Source of the DNA: Chrysomallon squamiferum
Lineage: Eukaryota > Animalia > Mollusca
Assembly: GCA_012295275.1 (NCBI GenBank)
Contig: CM022674.1
Span: 1,116,001 to 1,180,000 of the forward strand
Direction of reading: 5' to 3'
DNA length: 64,000 bases
Shown here: positions 55,401 through 64,000 of the stretch, one piece after another
How positions within the stretch are numbered: position 1 is the stretch's first letter
How the letters are laid out: each line of letters opens with the position of its first letter
The notes under the pieces: model-generated
Told to the model about the DNA's origin: nothing
The model's database searches: none
Seen by the model: only the letters and a program-made list of their open reading frames with translations
Translations under genes and position numbers: made by a program

Positions 55401-58400
55401 TAATTTCTGTTGACCCCGGACGCATCCAGTTTGGCATCTTTCCGGTTGATCTGCTGGCTGGCTGTGGCTAACATACTGAAGAGGAAAAAAAGATAAGAAA
55501 AGAAAATATATTAATATAATAAAAAGATTTCTGAAAAAAAAATGAAATCCTCACTTGAATTTTTATCAAAATTTATTTATTAATAATAATAATAATGTTG
55601 TTTTTGAGAGGGGGTTTTTTGTTTTGTTTTTTGTAGTATTTATAGAATTTTTTTTAAAATGTACTAAAAAAATGGAGAAATGCAATTTATTCTGACTATT
55701 TGTTCCTACAAACATAAATAGAAGTCTGGAAGAATATTAAAACAACAACAACAACAACAACAAGAATAATAAAGAAAATAGTCACTAGAAAGGATATTCA
55801 ATATATTCATGTTATTTGTACAAAGCACCACATGTACTTTTAATAAGTAAATAAATAAATAAATATCTCTAAAGTAATAAAGAAATCTCTACAAACTAAT
55901 TACAAAATATAATTAGGATTTCTGGAAGTAGGAAAATTTACAAAATTTTTCTGAAACAATCTATGAAGACATCTGTATAAAATGCTTTATTCTGTACAAT
56001 AATGGAAACAACAAATAACATTTAGACTAACAACAGATGTTATTTTAAACATCACTGATTGCTACATTAAATTGTTTTACCTTTCAGGTGTTTTAGTTTC
56101 AGGAGTGGGTTCTGTTTTCTTCCCAAGTTTTTTCTGTCTTTGTGCCTCGGCCTTCTCTAGCTTCTTTTTATCCACTTTCTGAAAATATTACATAAAATAT
56201 GCAAATTAAATTTCAAATGCTGGGTATCCTGGAATCCTTATTGGAAAAAAAAAAAAAGTTCTAATGGTAACATATACAATTCATTACACCCTTCAAAATT
56301 TAAATCATTATATAACAAATGAATAAAAGAGATGTCACTTTTCTATTTTATATCTTTGCTTGTATTTAAACCGGTTGGCCAATTAACTTCCACATTTATA
56401 AATATTCTTATGCTCATTGTTTGAAAATTACTTTCAAACAAAAATTTTCAGTGAAGCAGCTTCTAACGGGTTTTTCTCAAGCATGAAACTCAATAGGCAA
56501 AGACGGCTTTCAATTCAGTAAAACGAATTTAATTTTTTTCCCCAACTTCTTGGGAGCACATCAAGAGATTTTATTTCAGTTATTCTCACCAGCTCACTTT
56601 CTTTCTTCTTCAGCCAGATGCTGTTGTTGGCATCATTGAGTTTCTCGTAGGCCTCAGCCATGGATCCCAAATTAACTGGAGCATCCAGAATTCTGCGATG
56701 GTTGTTCTTCTCATTCTCTGGTATGATTTTGTTATTGAAACCACTAAAACAAATAAAAAAATATAAATATAATTAATAATGATATAAATAATAATAATAA
56801 GTAATAATAACTCTAAGTTATAAAATTTAAATAAATAAATAATCTATTTTAGTGACTTTTCTTTATTCACTTAACGAAAATTAGTCTTTTTTAATTGTAT
56901 AAAGTATGAAATATTTTTATGCGGATATTATTTTCAAGTATTAATATTTGGCTGAAAAGTAGTTTTTTTAATAATTATTTTGTTGGTAGGAGTGTAAAAA
57001 CAGTGCCACTATTTACATCTAAATATTTCTTTTTAATAATTAGTTTTTAAATAAATAAGAACTTAAAAACTTAATTATTAAAAATAAATATCCATCTGAT
57101 AGCTAGTAAGAAAATATTTTCTCTCTATTTAAAACAAAGAAAAATCTTGTATACTAGATTTAAAAAAACAAAACAATAATAACAAATTACATTTATTAAA
57201 ATAATATTTTTCTGATGATTTTTAAAATAAAAACTGGAAACATAGCTCCGTTTACATACACAAAAAAAGATCATTTTAATAAATACTTAAATTCTTACTC
57301 AAAGAGCTGTCTAATAATTATTAATGTTTTAAAATACAGAGACATGTATTAAACAAAACACACTGCGCTTTATCCCTGCACATTATATATATATGTGTGT
57401 GCATGTATTATGTTTTCTTAATTTAAATTCGTATTAAAAACTTACAAGTTCACAATGGAGTAGAGTCGATCACAAATATCTTTAATGTCATCCTCAGATT
57501 TGCCTTCGTCTGCTTGGAGAAGCATCAACCCAATCGCATCAAAAAGTTCTTCTGCAGATTCAAAGTCATCTTTCGCATCTTCCAGCAAACCTGATCAGCA
57601 AAAACACAATTTGATTATAAATCTGTTGGTCAAAAAGCAAAAATGTACATGCAAACAACAAATTTTTTATAATTAAAAATAAAAATATAAATAGATGTTA
57701 TATATATATTTTTTTTGTTTTGTTCAAGAGCAAACATATAACCTGACAATAAATCTTTTTTTTATTATTATTAAAAATAAAAATATAACTAGATAATCAA
57801 GTATTTTTGTTATAAACAAAAAATGTAACTTGATGATAAATCTTTTTGTTAAAAAGCAAAATATAATTAGATTATAATTTTTTTTTTTTTTTGATGAAAA
57901 ACCATAAGATTATAAATCTACCTAAGAGAGAGAGAGAGAATTGGCTCTATTTATATTTGATATATAATAATTATTATATATATATTATATATATAAGAAA
58001 GCAAATACAAAAACATTTAAATATAATAATTAATTTTCATCAAAACCGTAACCATAATGCTAAATGAATTAATCAACTGTATCATGTTCATGCATTTTGA
58101 AGATTTTTCTAATCACTAATGGTAATGCAGTAATCGAGTAAATTGAGTAATGTAAATTATTTCTAAATGTGGTTTCTTCTTCTTCTTCTTCTTCTTATTA
58201 TTATTATTATTATTATCGCACTGATTACATTTTCCATGATAGAGTTAGAACCTACTATAATGACGTATTCAGAATGAAAAAAATGACAAAACGAAAATAC
58301 GTTCCACCGGGTCATATAATTACAAGGTTACGTTGGGAAAATGTTTTCAGAACGATGTAATCTGAATACCGATGAGTAAATATAAAACTAATTTAAATAT

Positions 58401-58495
58401 TCAGAATCGTATATATACAGACCATTAACGTAATCCGATATTTCATGATCAATATTTGGAAACGCACTACTTAAAAGTTCTTTACAAGCTGACAT
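52426..58495 (-). CDS. ABCF3: ABCF3 second copy (exons 1-9 only, truncated by the gap); probable alternative haplotype
   Basis: Exons 58423-58495, 57446-57590, 56590-56743, 56081-56178, 55359-55475, 54818-54922, 54442-54603, 53809-53958, 52426-52482. Same lengths and same protein as copy 1; about 12 synonymous differences seen. Confidence 0.9.
52964..53812 (-). repeat. Same donor-containing minisatellite in copy 2 (~21 units)
   Basis: Same unit; cleaner and longer than in copy 1. Confidence 0.95.
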
Positions 58496-60827
58496 GCTTA
58501 ATAAACAAAATTTTCGATTTGTTACGCCTACCTTATAGTGTAGTGCAATATTACTAACACCATCTACGGAGTACCAGTTAACAGGAAATCGAAGTAGACA
58601 ATAAAACCCGATAAAAAGTTAACGTCTAACATGAAACCATACATATAGAAACATTCCTTTTATGAAATAATAAAACTTGTTATTATATTTTTAAGAATTA
58701 TATTTAATTTTTGTGCTGCAGGATGATTGAGGGTAAATGAGTTATTCATTTATATGTATTTAATATATATTTTTGTCAACTATTATTAAGTGTCAAATTG
58801 TTTTGGAAAGATAATGCAGGACAGAAAAAAATTATATATTTCTAATAAAATAAATATGTAAATAAGCATGAAAATAAATAAAACCGGAAAAATACATAAC
58901 TAGGAAGGGGATAAAGGATGGACAGACTACTGTTGTCTTCGATGTGTATGTAGGTGCCTCAGTACACTGATTTGCCCGGTAACCTATAATATGTGGTTAA
59001 GACGGTCGTGCTAAAATAAAATAAAATAAAACTAAATCAACATGATAATACCTAAATACGTAACTTACTAGCTAAATGTATGAATTAATTAATTATTGAT
59101 AACTGTTTTATAACTGTCTACACTGAAATGTAAAACAAAAATTGTTTTGGATAAGAGTATGAGCGAAATCTGAGGGCAAAGATCATATACGTGACCTGAA
59201 AATGTGTTTAAAATGTCTTAATAATAAAGTCGACTGACAGTACTCTCTTGATTAAAATTCAAATAAGATCGAACTCAGGTACATATTATCATCATCATCA
59301 TTGTTCTTGTATCGTTATTGTGGTTATTGTTGCTGTTACTGTTTTTGTTGTTGTAATTATTATTGTTATTAATAGTTACAGTTGTCATCATCATTATTAT
59401 TATTACTACTACTACTACTAGTACTAGTGCTACTACTACTACCATTACCGCTGCTGCTACTATTGTTGTTGTTGTTGTTGTGGTTGTTACTGTTGCTTTG
59501 CTGCTGCTGTTGTTGTCGTCGTCATCATCATTATTATTATTACTACTACTACCATTACCGCTGCTGCTACTATTATTGTTGTTGTTGTTGTGGTTGTGGT
59601 TGTTACTGTTGCTTTGCTACTGCTGTTGTTGTTGTCGTCATCATCATCTTTAACGTGGTGCCCTAATGTATGAGGATCCACGATTCCACAAAAAAAAAAA
59701 TAAGATAAAATAATTAAAGACTTATTATTTATTTACTTACTTGTTTTTTGTGTTTGTTTATTTTTTATTTTTTTATTTTTTTTTTTTTTATTTCCTGGGG
59801 GTTTGTTTCTCTGTTTTCTGCTTTAATTTTCATTTTATTTATTTATTTATTTCCTTTTTATTCTTTTTTTTTTAAAGTATTTTTTATTTTTTTTTTTTTT
59901 TATTATTATTATTATTTTTTTTTTTTTTTTTTTGTTGTTGTTGTTGTTGTTTTGAGTGATTTCATCAAAATCTATGCAAAAATGTTTAAAAATAAAGGTA
60001 ATACGATATTGCGTCATCTGGCCATAATTTATATAAACAAAAATAATAATAATAATAATAATAGCAATAATAAAAAAAATAATGTTGTTGGTTCGATTTA
60101 TAACAAATTTTAACCCTTTTAAAAACACAAACAGAAAGAAGAAGAAGAAAAAAAAGAAAAAAGAAAGGAGGTGAAAAAAAAACAAATGAAAAAAAAAATA
60201 ATAATAATAATAATTTCCTTCCAGTAATTTTCTTTAATTAACTGCACAGTCGCAGTGTTACGAACGTAATTATAATTTATCAGTGTAGGTTAGTGCTTAA
60301 CGCGTATTATCTTTTTTGTACGAGTATAAAACAGAGCGTGCTAAAAATAGAACTCCGCGCGTAACACGTGTTCTAATTAAAGCTTATCCGCTCGAAACAT
60401 ATGGTACACTCCCCCTTCACGAACGAAAGTACACGTAAGTACCTATGTAAAGAAGTATTCTTAATACAGGTGCATGTTACGACTCGTTCTGTGTGAACAT
60501 TATAGCTACATCGACACTTAATGTTCATTAAGACTGCCGTATGGTTGCTTTTTTCATATCGTAAGAGTTAAGTATTGTTAACTTTTAGAATTCGTTAATT
60601 ATATTTCCGGCGTTCGTGCTGTTTGACAAACACACACAAACACCGCCGTGTCGTCCTGTAAGTGCGCATGTCTGTTTTCTAGTGAACTAAATAGGTCATC
60701 GTTTAGAATGAACATGTATACAGTTTATAAGACATGTCTTGTTTGACAATAAATAAATTAGTAAATACGATAAAAATATACTTTTGATTAGTTCATAATG
60801 ATTGTCTGTTGTCGTTTTGTTTTCGAT

Positions 60828-60868
<41 letters not shown>

Positions 60869-61348
60869 ATATTTATTACAAAACTAGATACATCCTTTAT
60901 ATATATGTGAAAAATATATAATATACATAAACAGGTACTTACATATACACATAAACATACATGCACACACGTTCATATAAATACAAATAAATTACATAAA
61001 TATCGATCATATTACATACCAAAATATATATATTATTAGTTTTTGATTGAAGCAAATAAAATGTAAATTATAAATATCTGTATGTGTGTGTATTTCAAAG
61101 ACAGAGTAAAAACGTACACAAGTAAGAAATGCACTCATGTTTATGTAGATTATACGTAAGTATGACTGTGTGTTAGTTAGACGTAAACTGCGCTAAATTA
61201 AAGTGTTTTGTCAATGGTTATGTCACAGCGATGTTATGAAAGCGATGATTGTTCGGTATTCAGGTAAATCTAATAATAACAGGACGGTAACAGATGGCTA
61301 AAGTTTCAGAACTAACTCAAGAGTACGATTCGAGTTAACGAGTGTATA

Positions 61349-61384
<36 letters not shown>

Positions 61385-61450
61385 CTGTATGTGTGTGTGT
61401 GTGACTGGGTGTATATGTACACACACTCACGTGTATATATATATGTATAT

Positions 61451-61527
<77 letters not shown>

Positions 61528-62125
61528 GTATGTGTTTATATCTGTGTTTATATCTGTGTTTATATCTGTGTGTGTGTCGTGTATGTGTGTGCATGACAGT
61601 GTATGTATGGATGTGTGTATGTGTGTTCAGTTAAAGCTAGGATAAGGCGAAATGTATCTCAGAATTAATTCTCTGTAATTTACCGTTCATCACAACTGAT
61701 TTATCAAATGACGTAATATATTTTTTTTTTTCCAGTCTGTGAGTACGTCCTTAGAAAACATCATTTTCTGCTAACCAAAACAGTAGAATAGATACATGCA
61801 GTCAAAGAAGTGGCTTTGAATGATTTCGACTCAACCGGAGTTTTATACTGAATATTACAGATCCTACCTGATTTTAATCTTTGTTTTAATAATTGTATTT
61901 ATCTGTAATATTTGAATATGTGTTTAGTTCTTTACACTGTGTTTTAATTTAACTGTTGAATTTTGTTTCGATGTTAGTCTGTCGTTGAATATAATAGTTC
62001 TATTCTTTCTTCCTATATTTGTTTCTATTTTTTTTAACTTTATTTATTTATTTATTATTATTTTTTTTTTTTTTTTCCATCTTAGATTTCTTTATAAATA
62101 CACATTTTTGTGAGCGCCGCAGAAA

Positions 62126-63958
62126 ATGACCATATATGGCTTCCTCAAAAAGCTAGTTCGAAGAAAGGTCATTGACTTCTGCGAAGACACTGCGCTTGCG
62201 CGAGTCTTGACGACATTTGACCTCGTCGGCTTAGGTAAGTTTCGTTTGGCGGGAATAAGACAGTAAATTAAATTAAATTAAATTAAAGCGATCGTATTAG
62301 GAATATAAATAACTGTTACAGTTATGTATCATCTGTAATGTTTTGACGTTCACTGGAGTGGAACGGTTAATGTTTTAAATATCATGTCATTGTGATTCGG
62401 GAGACATTATTCGTGACGTCATAAATCAGAATGAGTTAAAAGGGTTTTTCTAACATCAGCATAAATATTTATTTATATTTAATTTTACATAAATTTAGGT
62501 ATACTTATTACTTAACCTAATTTATTCTTAACATAAATTCCTAGAGGAATAATTAAATGATGTTATTGTTACAGTATTTCACGTGCATGTTTTTTTTTTT
62601 GTTTTTTTTTTTCAATTGGCAGTACTTTAGGGGCGGGTATTTACGTAGTCGCTGGACAGGTAGCGAAACAGACCGCGGGTCCGTCCGTCGTTCTGTCTTT
62701 CTTCATCGCAGCAGTCGCATCCATTTTAGCAGGTGATTAAACGTTTCTCTTTTCTTCTTTCACTTCGTGAACCCTGAACTGCGTTAAAAACACGACAAGA
62801 CATGGTTTTTAAAGATAAAAATTAAAATAAAAATAATTAAAAAATTAAAAAAAGAAACAGTCGTTAAAATTTGATAATTTAGTAGTGAACTATCAGAAAT
62901 AAATTCTCGATTATTTCAGTTCATACAAATAATTTTATTATAAAATGAAAATTTTGAATTTGTTTTTGTTTCAGATTGATTGAATTTTGAAAGTAATGTT
63001 GTTGTTTTTTTCTTTTCTTTTCTCTGAGCATTGATTAATACGAGTTACTATTGTTGTATTTCTTTTTTAAAAATAAATTATAATTAATTATAGTTTTGTT
63101 TCTTTATCTCGTAAATTATATATTATAAGTTTAATTAATTAATTTATTTGTTTGTCTCATTATTGTTGTTTTCACCACAGTTATTATTACAACTATTACT
63201 ATAACTATTACTATAATTATTTCTGTTATTATTATTATCGATACTATTGCTATCTATTCATTCGTTTATTTATTTATTTACATTTTTTTTGGTTTTTGTT
63301 TGTTTATGTGTTTGTTTGTTTACTTTTGTTTTAACCGTTGCTGGAATATATTTCTTGTGCCTAAAATAACGCGCGTGCATGTGTTTTTGCGCATGCGTTT
63401 CTAGTGTATGTTGTATTTTGTTGACTGGAATGATTACAAAGAAATCTATTCTTCTTGAATTACACAAACACACATTGCAATGATTGAGTCTTTATCGTTT
63501 TTACTATTTTATATAACCGACCATCAATGTACTTTTATACATAATTTATTAGATACATGCATAGACTATTTCCATTAGTAATACAGTGTCTGTAAAATGC
63601 CTGATATTCAAAGGTTAAGGCATGTGCTGTCATGCATATAGAAAGGTAATTTGCTGCTACATTGAAATTTTTGAATATCTTTTGTCATCATTATATCAGA
63701 ATAACAATAATTAACATAGAAATTTCGCTGTCTGATGTGATAATGTAACATTTTGCTATTGCCGAATAAACTGAGAGAGTGAAAAATGAACTTGATAAAC
63801 AGAGTAAATAATGTGTTTTGTTTACACAGGGGTCTGTTATGCAGAGTTCGCGGCTAGGGTACCAAAGGCAGGTTCTGCTTACGTGTACAGTTACGTCACA
63901 GTCGGAGAATTCATTGCTTTCGTCATCGGCTGGAACCTCATTTTGGAATATGTTATTG
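62126..63958 (+). CDS. SLC7A1: Cationic amino acid transporter second copy (exons 1-3, continues beyond the window); exon-2 acceptor disrupted
   Basis: Exons 62126-62234, ~62613-62732 and 63830-63958 match copy 1 exons 1-3. The acceptor ttttcag|gaattggc reads ttttcaattggc here. Confidence 0.85.
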
Positions 63959-64000
63959 GTATCAACACATTTATTGATTAGTTCTTATTAAAGATTAAGT

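Larger units (their letters stand above)
52177..64000 (+). repeat. Direct duplicate of ~30025-41600 (~11.6-11.8 kb)
   Basis: Colinear exons, introns, microsatellites and intergenic DNA. Offset is 22148 at ABCF3 exon 9 and 22397 at CAT exon 3. Confidence 0.97.

Noticed and set aside
59960-59968. ATF4 CARE-like TGATGAAAT (minus strand) present only in copy 2
   Set aside because: An AT-rich 9-mer expected by chance at this base composition.

Overview
AT-rich, microsatellite-dense animal DNA; the composition suggests an invertebrate, possibly a mollusc (inference only). Bases 1-24 kb have no supportable coding exons. They hold simple repeats, a young 35-bp minisatellite nested in an older decayed array, MITE-like relics and short complex islands rich in CRE/YY1/homeobox-type motifs. 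Then come a 19-exon ABCF3 (GCN20 orthologue) gene on the minus strand (24330-36122) and, head-to-head with it, a cationic amino acid transporter gene (SLC7A1/2/3, slimfast-like) on the plus strand (39749->51446, last exon not present before the gap). After a 200-N gap (51977-52176), the segment ~30025-41600 appears again (52177-64000). The coding substitutions I found between the copies are all synonymous, so it is most likely an uncollapsed second haplotype. Main observations: (1) tandem repeats seeded at exon-intron junctions that multiply splice donors/acceptors, at up to ~8 junctions, including one functional donor that differs between the copies by the same two variants found in its array; (2) a CAT intron bounded by complementary (AAT)n/(ATT)n tracts with a poor polypyrimidine tract; (3) a 1-nt frameshift and a GC-AG intron in ABCF3; (4) a deleted splice acceptor in the second CAT copy. 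I cannot claim a confirmed new biological system; the junction-seeded repeats are the best candidate. All exon coordinates were read by hand.
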